In this document: one piece after another, positions 27,060 to 35,081 of the stretch
Layout: each line of letters opens with the position of its first letter
Position numbering within the stretch: the first letter of the stretch is position 1
NCBI GenBank assembly: GCA_964428315.1
Contig: CAYRXT010000002.1
Coordinates: 6,859 to 70,858, forward strand
Direction: 5' to 3'
DNA from: an uncultured Planctomycetales bacterium
Lineage (GTDB): Bacteria > Omnitrophota > Gorgyraeia > Zapsychrales > CAYRXT01
Length of the DNA: 64,000 nt
Notes under the pieces: generated by a model
Told to the model about the DNA's origin: nothing
The model's input: only the letters and a program-made list of their open reading frames with translations
The model's database searches: none
Translations under genes and position numbers: made by a program

Positions 27060-27917
27060 ATGAACGCCCTGCTCCTGCTCTCTCCCGCCAAACTGAACCT
27101 CTATCTGCGGGTCCTTAACCGGCGAGAAGACGGTTATCATGATCTTGTGACGTTGTTCGAGCGGATCGATCTGTGTGACACCCTGCGATTCAGGACGAAC
27201 CGCGACGGACGCATCCGTATCGAGTGCGACGATCCTGATGTGCCCTGCGGCAGGAAGAATCTGGTTTACCGCGCGGCCATCATGCTGAAGGAAGAATGCG
27301 CCCTGGCGGATGGCGTGGACGTCCGGATCAAAAAGAGGATTCCCGTGGCTGCCGGGCTGGGAGGGGGTTCCAGCAACGCGGCCTGCGCCCTCATGGCCTT
27401 GAACCGTTTATGGAAGCTATCCTTAAGCCACGCGCAACTACTTGAGTACGGGCGGGCTCTGGGGAGCGATGTGCCGTTTTTCTTATTTGACTGCTCCTGG
27501 GCCCTGGGGACCGGCCGCGGTGACGCAATACGGCCGCTTAAACTGCCTTTAAAATTGGACCATTTTCTTGTTGTCCCACGCGTCAAAGTCTATTCATCGC
27601 AAGCCTTTAGCGACGTCAAATTGCAGTTGACAAAGCAAAATGATGATGTTAATATTCTAATTCGCGCTTTACGTCGAGAAGACAGAATATTCTGCGGACG
27701 TTTACTGAGAAATGATCTGGAGACCGCCATAATCCGGTCTCGCCCGCGTTTATCGGGTTTAAAAAACAGAATGAAGGCTTTGGCGAACGAAGGGGTGTCT
27801 TTCTCCGGGAGCGGACCCGCCATTTTCGGTATTGCCCGTTCACGAAAAACAGCCGAACAAAACGCCAAGAAATTGTCTCATCATTATAAACGGGTTTTCG
27901 TGGTGAAAACCCTTTGA
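27060..27917 (+). CDS. ispE: 4-diphosphocytidyl-2-C-methyl-D-erythritol kinase
   Basis: PAKLNLYL, DGYH, KRIPVAAGLGGGSSNAA, GSDVPFF, NDLE, SGSGP. Confidence 0.96.
   Translation: MNALLLLSPAKLNLYLRVLNRREDGYHDLVTLFERIDLCDTLRFRTNRDGRIRIECDDPDVPCGRKNLVYRAAIMLKEECALADGVDVRIKKRIPVAAGLGGGSSNAACALMALNRLWKLSLSHAQLLEYGRALGSDVPFFLFDCSWALGTGRGDAIRPLKLPLKLDHFLVVPRVKVYSSQAFSDVKLQLTKQNDDVNILIRALRREDRIFCGRLLRNDLETAIIRSRPRLSGLKNRMKALANEGVSFSGSGPAIFGIARSRKTAEQNAKKLSHHYKRVFVVKTL
27627..27655 (+). promoter_or_regulatory. Internal promoter inside ispE, probably driving spoVG-tRNA-glmU-prs
   Basis: TTGACA-N17-TAATAT with extended TG, in an AT-rich patch of ispE. Confidence 0.55.
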
Positions 27918-27970
27918 TGACGCATTTGATGCGGTTTTGATCCGTAGGGGCATACAAGGAGGACGCGGCC

Positions 27971-28417
27971 ATGGAGATAACCGAGATCAGAATTTTTCCT
28001 AAGGAAGGTCAGGATAAAAAACTCAAGGCCTACACCACCGTGACGTTTGATAATGCCTTCGTGGTGCGGAATATCAAGGTAATTCAGGGCAACAGCGGTT
28101 TGTTCATTGCGATGCCTTCCAGGAAGTTAAAATCGGCATGCCCCAAATGCGGTTTCAAAAATGAACGAGGAAGCCAATTCTGCAACAAATGCGGGGCAGG
28201 TCTGCCGGGTCCTGAACGGACGGCTAAAGACGAGAGCGGATCGAAGGCCGACCACCGCGACGTCGCCCATCCGGTCACCCAGCATTTCAGGGAATACCTG
28301 CAGTCTAGGGTCCTGGAGGCTTATCAAAAAGAAATCGAAAAACAGCCATCTCCGGGGGAGGCATCGAGGTCGACGCATACTTCTCAGGAGGGCTTGACGG
28401 AAGACGAGGACGAATAG
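27971..28417 (+). CDS. spoVG: SpoVG family protein with zinc-ribbon insertion
   Basis: MEITEIRI, LKAY..VTFDN.FVV, GLFIAMPSRK, DVAHP; insert CPKC...CNKCG. Confidence 0.92.
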   Translation: MEITEIRIFPKEGQDKKLKAYTTVTFDNAFVVRNIKVIQGNSGLFIAMPSRKLKSACPKCGFKNERGSQFCNKCGAGLPGPERTAKDESGSKADHRDVAHPVTQHFREYLQSRVLEAYQKEIEKQPSPGEASRSTHTSQEGLTEDEDE

Positions 28418-28422
28418 ATCTT

Positions 28423-28494
28423 TGCCCGGTGGTGTAATCGGTAACACGCGAGAATTTGGATCTCGTTTTCCAGGTTCGAGTCCTGGCTGGGCAG
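28423..28494 (+). tRNA. tRNA-Gln (anticodon TTG)
   Basis: Acceptor TGCCCGG/CTGGGCA, D arm GTGTAATCGGTAACAC, anticodon stem CGAGA-ATTTGGA-TCTCG, T arm CCAGG-TTCGAGT-CCTGG; CCA not encoded. Confidence 0.95.
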
Positions 28495-28564
28495 CATTTC
28501 TGTTTTATCCAACCTTTTCCGCGCTAACTTTAGACGAGATTTTTTGGGGGCGCATGTTCATTTG

Positions 28565-29824
28565 ATGAAAGAGATGAGGACCGTAATTCTCGCAGCCGGA
28601 AAAGGCGTGCGGATGAAATCCGATATCCCGAAAGTGCTTCACAGACTCGGCGGACGCCCGATCATCCATTACGTTCTGGATATCGCCGCCGCGCTGCGTT
28701 CATTGAAAACATTTGTCGTCGTGGGACACCGTCATCAGAGTGTCCGGGACAATCTTCCGGAAGAGATCAATACGGTCGTCCAGCGGCGGCTTCTGGGTAC
28801 GGCGGATGCGGTCAGGATCCTGGCACCGCGGTTCAAGCATTACGGCGGTGACGTCCTGATACTGTGCGGGGATGCACCTTTGCTGACGCCTGCTGCGGTG
28901 AAAAGGCTTGTCCGCCGCCACCGGAGGCGTAAAGCGGACTGCACCGTTCTTACGGCGGTCATTTCCGATCCCTCCGGTTACGGGCGCATCATCCGTAATG
29001 CCGGCGGCCGGATCTCTGCCATCCAAGAACACAAGGAACTGCCCAAAGCGGCCGCGGGCATTAAGGAAATCAATACGGGCGTCTATTGTTTCAAGAGCCG
29101 GCGGTTGTTTTCTGCGGTCAAGCGCATCCGGAAGAACCGGCGCAAGGGGGAATTCTATCTCACGGATATTATCGGCATCCTCAACCGGGAAGGGGCCGTC
29201 ATCGAAGGAGTGAGGCTTAATGACGCGAATGAAGGTTGGGGCATCAACAGTCGTGTGGACCTGGCCATGGCGGAAGGTGTGATGCATCAGCGCAGGGTCA
29301 AGGCGCTTATGAACAAGGGCGTGACCGTTACGGATCCTGATACGACCTTTATCGGCCATGACGTCCGGGTCGGGCGCGACAGCGTGATACGGCCGTTTAC
29401 GGTCATTGAGTCGGATGTGAGGATAGGCCGCCGGTGTGTCATCGGTCCGTTCTGCCATTTGCGCGAAGACACACGGATCGGCGATGACGTCGAGGTAGGC
29501 AATCACACGGAGATATCGAGGACCCGCGTCGGGCGGCGGTGCTTTGTGAAGCATTTCAGTTTTCTGGGTGACACGCGCATGGCCGACGGGGTCAATATCG
29601 GCGCGGGTGTGGTGACGGCGAATTTTGACGGCAGGGACAAGCACAGGACCATCATTCGGGGGGGCGCCTTCATCGGTTCGGATTCCGTCCTGGTGGCCCC
29701 GGTGAAAATCGGACGCAAAGCGAAAACCGGCGCCGGCTGCGTCGTGACGGGCGGCACGGTTGTCGGAGACGGTGAGACCGTGGCGGGGGTCCCGGCAAAA
29801 AGGACAACAAGGAGCAAGAGATAA
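28565..29824 (+). CDS. glmU: Bifunctional UDP-GlcNAc pyrophosphorylase / GlcN-1-P acetyltransferase
   Basis: ILAAGKGVRMKS..PKVLH, LGTADA, GYGRI, EINTG, EFYLTD, hexapeptide repeats, NIGAG. Confidence 0.95.
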   Translation: MKEMRTVILAAGKGVRMKSDIPKVLHRLGGRPIIHYVLDIAAALRSLKTFVVVGHRHQSVRDNLPEEINTVVQRRLLGTADAVRILAPRFKHYGGDVLILCGDAPLLTPAAVKRLVRRHRRRKADCTVLTAVISDPSGYGRIIRNAGGRISAIQEHKELPKAAAGIKEINTGVYCFKSRRLFSAVKRIRKNRRKGEFYLTDIIGILNREGAVIEGVRLNDANEGWGINSRVDLAMAEGVMHQRRVKALMNKGVTVTDPDTTFIGHDVRVGRDSVIRPFTVIESDVRIGRRCVIGPFCHLREDTRIGDDVEVGNHTEISRTRVGRRCFVKHFSFLGDTRMADGVNIGAGVVTANFDGRDKHRTIIRGGAFIGSDSVLVAPVKIGRKAKTGAGCVVTGGTVVGDGETVAGVPAKRTTRSKR

Positions 29825-30774
29825 TGAACGGTTTAGCGATCGTGGCGGGTAACGCCAATCCGTCTTTGGCCAGGAAGATCAGCGATTGTCTGGAGGTCCC
29901 TTTGGCGGAGGTGGCCGTCGGCCGTTTCTCCGAGGGGGAGATCAGCGTCCAGATCAGGGAAAACATCCGCGGACGGGATGTCTTTATCGTCCAGCCGACT
30001 TGTCCTCCGGCCAATGACAATCTCATGGAACTGCTCATCCTGACAGACGCGGCCCGGCGGGCCTCGGCGGCCAGGATCACTGCGGTGACGCCTTATTACG
30101 GTTACGCCCGGCAGGACAGGAAAGACCAGCCGCGGGTCCCCATCACGGCCAAGCTGGTGGCGAACCTGATTACGGCGGCCGGCGCGAACCGGGTCCTGAC
30201 CATGGATCTGCATGCCAGCCAGATACAGGGTTTTTTCGATATCCCCGTCGATCACCTTTATGCGATAAACGAACTCTGCGAGTATTTCTTGCAGAAGAAA
30301 CTGCGCAACGCGGTTGTCGTTTCGCCTGATGTCGGCGGGATCAAGATGGCGCGCGCCTATGCCAAAAAACTCTCGGCCGTTCTGGCCATCGTTGATAAAA
30401 GGCGGGAGAGTCCGGAGAAGACGGAGGTGATGCATATCCTCGGTCCGGTCAAAGGGAAACGGGCCATCATCGTCGACGATATCATCTCCACGGGAAGTTC
30501 CCTTCTGGAGGCGGTGGCCGCCCTCAAAGAGAAGGGCGTCAAAGAGGTCTATGCCGCGGTCAGTCACGGGATCCTTTCGGGCCCGGCCGAGAAAAACGTG
30601 CAGAAGTGCAGCGCCCTGAAAGAACTGGTGATCACCAACAGCATCCCGCAGAAGAAGTCGAGAAAAAATTCCAAAATCAAGGTGATTTCCGTCGCCCCGC
30701 TTCTGGCCGAGGCGATCAAACGCATTCACCACGAGGAGTCCATAAGCTGTTTATTCGACGGCATTAAACGTTAA
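29824..30774 (+). CDS. prs: Ribose-phosphate pyrophosphokinase
   Basis: YYGYARQDRK, DLHASQIQGFF, VSPDVGG, IVDDIISTG. Confidence 0.97.
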   Translation: MNGLAIVAGNANPSLARKISDCLEVPLAEVAVGRFSEGEISVQIRENIRGRDVFIVQPTCPPANDNLMELLILTDAARRASAARITAVTPYYGYARQDRKDQPRVPITAKLVANLITAAGANRVLTMDLHASQIQGFFDIPVDHLYAINELCEYFLQKKLRNAVVVSPDVGGIKMARAYAKKLSAVLAIVDKRRESPEKTEVMHILGPVKGKRAIIVDDIISTGSSLLEAVAALKEKGVKEVYAAVSHGILSGPAEKNVQKCSALKELVITNSIPQKKSRKNSKIKVISVAPLLAEAIKRIHHEESISCLFDGIKR

Positions 30775-30821
30775 GCCGGAGGGCATCCGGTTCAATCCAA
30801 GAAAAGGCAGGTTAACACAAC

Positions 30822-31523
30822 ATGGAAGAAATCAAGCTGGAAGTGCAAATCAGGAACGGCGTCGGGAAATCTCATGTGAAGAAATACCGCCGTCAGGACT
30901 TTATCCCCGGGATTGTCTACGGGGACTCCCAGGACCCGACGCTAGTCAACGTCGACCGGCGGACGTTTGAACGCATCGAGCGCCGGCACAGGGGGGAGAG
31001 CATCGTCCTGCACCTCGATGTTATGGAAGGAAAAAAAAAGCTGCGGGATTACTCGACCATTATCAAGGAGATCCAGGGGGAACCGGTCAGCGACCGGATC
31101 CTCCATATCGATTTCCTGCGGATTTCTCTGACGAAGGAGATTGCCGTCGAGGCCCCCATCAAGACGCGGGGGGAACCCGTGGGTGTCAAGAAGGAGGGCG
31201 GGTCGCTGGATCATGTCTTGTGGAATCTGGACATAGTCTGTCTGCCCACCAATATCCCGCAGCATATTGAGGTGGACGTCTCTCATCTAAGCATCCACGA
31301 TTCGATCCTTGTGAAGGATCTGTTGCTGCCCAGCGGAGTGAGGACAGAGCACGATTCGGAAGCGATTGTGTTTACCGTTGTCCCGCCGACCAAAGAGGAG
31401 CCCGAAGAAAAGCCCGAGGAGGAAGAAGCCGGGGAGCCGGAAGTCATCAAGGAAAAGAAACCGGAAAAAGAGGAAGAGAAGGCCGAAGAGAAGGAATCTC
31501 CCGGAGAAAAAGAGGAAGGTTGA
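30822..31523 (+). CDS. rplY: 50S ribosomal protein L25/Ctc
   Basis: IPGIVYG, ILHIDF, GVKKEGG, PTNIP, acidic tail. Confidence 0.95.
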   Translation: MEEIKLEVQIRNGVGKSHVKKYRRQDFIPGIVYGDSQDPTLVNVDRRTFERIERRHRGESIVLHLDVMEGKKKLRDYSTIIKEIQGEPVSDRILHIDFLRISLTKEIAVEAPIKTRGEPVGVKKEGGSLDHVLWNLDIVCLPTNIPQHIEVDVSHLSIHDSILVKDLLLPSGVRTEHDSEAIVFTVVPPTKEEPEEKPEEEEAGEPEVIKEKKPEKEEEKAEEKESPGEKEEG

Positions 31524-31529
31524 TCCGAA

Positions 31530-32114
31530 TTGGAAGGGCACCGGCTTATCGTGGGTTTGGGAAATCCCGGCAGGAAGTACGAACTCACACGGCACAATCT
31601 TGGGTTTCGGGTCGTGGACCATCTGGCTGTCCGGTACCGGATCCGCCTGAGACGGACCCTTACCCCTCCCGCCTGCAGGGGGCGCGGCCGGATCAAGGGT
31701 CAAGACAGCACGCTGGTCAAACCGCTGACTTATATGAACAATTCGGGGACGGCCGTATCCAGGATAATCAGGAGGGGGCATTTTGCCCTTGACAATTGTC
31801 TTATTATCAGCGATGATTTTCAACTCCCCTTCGGACAAATGAGATTCAGGGGGGAAGGATCCTCGGGGGGGCACAACGGCCTGCAGTCGGTGATCGATCA
31901 TCTCGGGACCCGGGACTTTGCCAGGTTACGGGTCGGTATCGGCCCCGTGGAAGACGAGGATATCGCCGATTTTGTCCTGAGAGAGTTTTCCTTGACGGAA
32001 AAAAAACAGCTGGAGGGCATAATCCGGCGGGCCGCTGAGGGCTGCCTGGCGTGGCTCCACGAGGGCATGACGAAGGCGATGAATCAATTTAACCAAAGGA
32101 AAGAAGGACAATGA
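31530..32114 (+). CDS. pth: Peptidyl-tRNA hydrolase
   Basis: LIVGLGNPG, TRHNLGF, KPLTYMNNSG, GGHNGL, RLRVGIG. Confidence 0.96.
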   Translation: MEGHRLIVGLGNPGRKYELTRHNLGFRVVDHLAVRYRIRLRRTLTPPACRGRGRIKGQDSTLVKPLTYMNNSGTAVSRIIRRGHFALDNCLIISDDFQLPFGQMRFRGEGSSGGHNGLQSVIDHLGTRDFARLRVGIGPVEDEDIADFVLREFSLTEKKQLEGIIRRAAEGCLAWLHEGMTKAMNQFNQRKEGQ

Positions 32115-32410
32115 GCCATTACGAAATTGTTATCATGGTGGATGCCCGATTGGCATCAGAAAAAAAGTCCGAGATGATCAAACAGGTCGAGGACATCCTG
32201 ACTAAAAGCGGCGCTCAGGTTCAATCATCGGATATGTGGATCGAAAAACACAAGACCGATTTTCGTATTAAGAAGGTTCAGGAATTTTCCTACTACCTGA
32301 TCAAATTCTCTTCTGAGACGACGGCGATTGAAAAGATCAGGGCCACGCTGAAATTGAACGAGGCGGTCTTCCGTTTTCTCATAACGAAATCAGAAAAAGT
32401 GACAGCTTAG
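32111..32410 (+). CDS. rpsF: 30S ribosomal protein S6
   Basis: YEIVIMV..., IKK...YYLIKF, VFRFLI; rpsF-ssb-rpsR-rplI order. Confidence 0.88.
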   Translation: MSHYEIVIMVDARLASEKKSEMIKQVEDILTKSGAQVQSSDMWIEKHKTDFRIKKVQEFSYYLIKFSSETTAIEKIRATLKLNEAVFRFLITKSEKVTA

Positions 32411-32429
32411 GCGAGCGAAGGAGGGATAT

Positions 32430-32936
32430 ATGGCGAGTCTAAATAAGGTGCTTCTCATCGGGAATCTGACCAAGGATCCGGAATTGCGCTACACCCCTAA
32501 CGGAGTCGCGGTCGTCAATCTTCGGATTGCGGTCAATCGTCGTTTCCGGGATAAATCCGGCGAGCTCAAAGAAGACACGTGTTTTATCACCGTGACCACT
32601 TGGGACCGCCAGGCCGAGATCTGCAACCAGTATTTATCCAAGGGGCGGCCCGTTTTTGTCGAGGGCCGGCTCCAGTCGCGTTCGTGGGAGACTTCAGACG
32701 GACAAAAGCGCAACACCATAGAAGTCCGGGCCGAGAGAATTCAGTTTTTGAATTCGACCAGGGATGCCGGCTCATCGGCCCAGGCGCGTCATAATCCACC
32801 GTCGGACAGCGGGAACAATAATGTCGCGTGGGACGAATCCGGTCGAGATGACAATACGAGTGGCGCGGAAGGTTCTCAGCCCGAGAACAAGCATGAACCC
32901 GTGTCGTGGGAAGAGGAGGAGGAGAACATTGGCTAG
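32430..32936 (+). CDS. ssb: Single-stranded DNA-binding protein
   Basis: [37 protein letters not shown]. Confidence 0.96.
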   Translation: MASLNKVLLIGNLTKDPELRYTPNGVAVVNLRIAVNRRFRDKSGELKEDTCFITVTTWDRQAEICNQYLSKGRPVFVEGRLQSRSWETSDGQKRNTIEVRAERIQFLNSTRDAGSSAQARHNPPSDSGNNNVAWDESGRDDNTSGAEGSQPENKHEPVSWEEEEENIG

Positions 32937-33165
32937 GATCATCAGGACCAAGAGGAGAATGAGGTCTCCCCGCTTTCAGGTCGAGGGGATAGGGAATATG
33001 AGCTTCAAGGATTATTCCGTCCTGTCGCGCTTTCTGACCGAGCGGGGCAAGATTTTGTCAAGGCGGGTGACCGGCGTTTCGTCCAAGGATCAGCGCACCC
33101 TGACGGCCGCCATCAAGCACGCGCGCTATTTGGGTCTTCTGACATCAGGCGGTACCCGGCGGTAA
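32929..33165 (+). CDS. rpsR: 30S ribosomal protein S18 (Cys-less form)
   Basis: FKD...[17 protein letters not shown]...QR.L..AIKHAR.LGLL; TTG start after GAGGAGGAGGAG; ORF-track start at 32764 is over-extended. Confidence 0.92.
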   Translation: MARIIRTKRRMRSPRFQVEGIGNMSFKDYSVLSRFLTERGKILSRRVTGVSSKDQRTLTAAIKHARYLGLLTSGGTRR

Positions 33166-33207
33166 CCTTATCGGGATCCCGGGAAGAAATAAAGGGAAGG
33201 GAGCATC

Positions 33208-33651
33208 ATGGAAGTCATACTTTCGAAAGATGTTGACAAATTGGGCAAGGCCGGGCAGATCGTCCGGGTCAAGAACGGTTATGCCCGTAATTACCTCTTG
33301 CCTCAAAAGATCGCTTTCCCGGCAACGGACAACAACGTTAGACGCGTGGAACAGCTTGCGGCCAAAAAAGAGGTCCAGATGAAGGAAGAGCGGGACAAGG
33401 CGCAGGAATTGGCTGAGCAGATGTCCAAGCTGTCGCTGACCATTTCTGTGGAGGTCAATGACCTGGATAAGCTCTACGGTTCCGTCACCGAACAGGACAT
33501 CGTGCGGGCCCTGGAGGCAGAGGGTGTTACCGTGGACAAGAACGATATCCTTCTCGACCGGACTATCGGAGAATTGGGCATCTATGAAGTCAGGATACGG
33601 ACGCATCCGGAAGTGGAAGCCAAGATCCGTTTATGGGTGACCAAAAAGTAG
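33208..33651 (+). CDS. rplI: 50S ribosomal protein L9
   Basis: MEVIL..DV.KLG..G..V.VKNGYARNYLLP, KLYGSVT. Confidence 0.96.
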   Translation: MEVILSKDVDKLGKAGQIVRVKNGYARNYLLPQKIAFPATDNNVRRVEQLAAKKEVQMKEERDKAQELAEQMSKLSLTISVEVNDLDKLYGSVTEQDIVRALEAEGVTVDKNDILLDRTIGELGIYEVRIRTHPEVEAKIRLWVTKK

Positions 33652-33663
33652 AAATCTCTTTTC

Positions 33664-35016
33664 ATGGCCAAAACAAACAGTGTGAGTCTTGAATCGCGCG
33701 TCCCTCCGCAGAGCATCGAGGCCGAGCAATCGGTCCTGGGGGCTATGCTCATTGACGAAGAGGCCATCGGCGTCGTTATCGAAGTCATCGACCAGGCGAG
33801 TTTCTATGCCGAAGCGCATCAAAGAATCTTTGCGGCCATCCTCGAACTCTACAACAGACGTAAAAACGTCGACCTTATCACCCTGGGCGACGAACTCAAG
33901 AGCAACGGACAGCTTGACTTTGTCGGGGGTGTGACCTACCTTACCCAGCTCATCGAGATGGTCCCTACGGCGGCCAATGCCGAGCATTACGCGCATATCG
34001 TAAAAGAAAAACATATACAGCGTAAGCTGATCAAAAACGCCAGCCAGATCATCAGCGGAAGCTATGAACCCGGCGTGAATGTTGACGAGCTTGTGGACCG
34101 GGCCGAGAAGCTGATCTTTGAAATCGCCACGTCCCGCGAGAAAAACCCCTCACTCCATATCAAATCCATTATCCGTGAACGGATCGAGGCCATTGACCAA
34201 TTGTACCAGCGCAAGGAACACGTCACGGGTGTCCCGACGGGATTCCAGGATTTTGACAAAGCGACATCGGGACTGCAGAGATCGGATTTAGTGATCGTGG
34301 CGGGACGGCCTTCCATGGGCAAGAGCGCTTTTGCCAGCTCCATCGCGGAGTTCGCGGCGCTGGAGAAAAAAATCGGAGTGGCCATATTCAGCCTGGAGAT
34401 GTCCAAGGAACAGCTTGTCCAGCGGATGCTCTGTTCGCACGCCAAGGTCGACGCGCACAAGGTGCGTTCGGGCTTCCTGTCGCCGTCCGACTGGCCCAAG
34501 CTGACAGCCGCGGCGGGGAAACTGTCGGGCGCCCCCATTTATATCGACGACACTCCGGCCATTACAACCTTGGAACTGCGCACGAAGGCCCGGCGGCTTA
34601 AGTCCAATTACGACATCCAGATGGTCGTGCTTGATTATCTGCAGCTGATGCGGGGCTACCAGAGGTCCGAGAGCCGGCAGCAGGAAATATCGGAAATCTC
34701 CCGGTCCATCAAGGCCCTGGCGCGGGAACTCGGCATCCCCATCGTGGCCATCAGCCAGTTATCCCGGGCCGTGGAAAGCCGCCAGGATCATCGCCCCCAA
34801 TTGTCGGATCTTCGGGAATCCGGAGCGATTGAACAGGACGCCGATCTCGTGGTCCTTTTGATGCGTGAAGAGTACTACACGCCTACCGAGGAGAACCGGG
34901 GCGTGGCTGAGGTCATTATCGCCAAGCAGAGGAACGGCCCCGTGGGAAGTCATAAGCTGGCCTTCATCAAAGAACACATCCGGTTTGCGGATCTGGATAC
35001 GATGCATTCGGCCTAG
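33664..35016 (+). CDS. dnaB: Replicative DNA helicase
   Basis: PPQSIEAEQSVLG, AGRPSMGKS, FSLEM, DYLQLM, SQLSR, DLRESGAIEQDAD, KQRNGP; no intein. Confidence 0.97.
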   Translation: MAKTNSVSLESRVPPQSIEAEQSVLGAMLIDEEAIGVVIEVIDQASFYAEAHQRIFAAILELYNRRKNVDLITLGDELKSNGQLDFVGGVTYLTQLIEMVPTAANAEHYAHIVKEKHIQRKLIKNASQIISGSYEPGVNVDELVDRAEKLIFEIATSREKNPSLHIKSIIRERIEAIDQLYQRKEHVTGVPTGFQDFDKATSGLQRSDLVIVAGRPSMGKSAFASSIAEFAALEKKIGVAIFSLEMSKEQLVQRMLCSHAKVDAHKVRSGFLSPSDWPKLTAAAGKLSGAPIYIDDTPAITTLELRTKARRLKSNYDIQMVVLDYLQLMRGYQRSESRQQEISEISRSIKALARELGIPIVAISQLSRAVESRQDHRPQLSDLRESGAIEQDADLVVLLMREEYYTPTEENRGVAEVIIAKQRNGPVGSHKLAFIKEHIRFADLDTMHSA

Positions 35017-35046
35017 GCCCAAGCGGGGAAAATCTCTTTCCTTTAA

Positions 35047-35075
35047 TTGACATGATAAACAAGGATGATTATAAT
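35047..35075 (+). promoter_or_regulatory. Consensus sigma70 promoter for the bamA operon
   Basis: TTGACA-N17-TATAAT, perfect consensus. Confidence 0.85.
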
Positions 35076-35081
35076 CAGACA

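Noticed and set aside
28423-28500. tRNA-Gln as an integration site
   Set aside because: No integrase and no duplicated tRNA 3' end seen; flanking genes are in normal housekeeping order
31390-31523. GAA/GAG-rich low-complexity tract
   Set aside because: It encodes the ordinary acidic tail of L25/Ctc
31789-31817. TTGACA inside pth as an internal promoter for rpsF
   Set aside because: The hexamer at 17-nt spacing (GATGAT) is a poor -10 match
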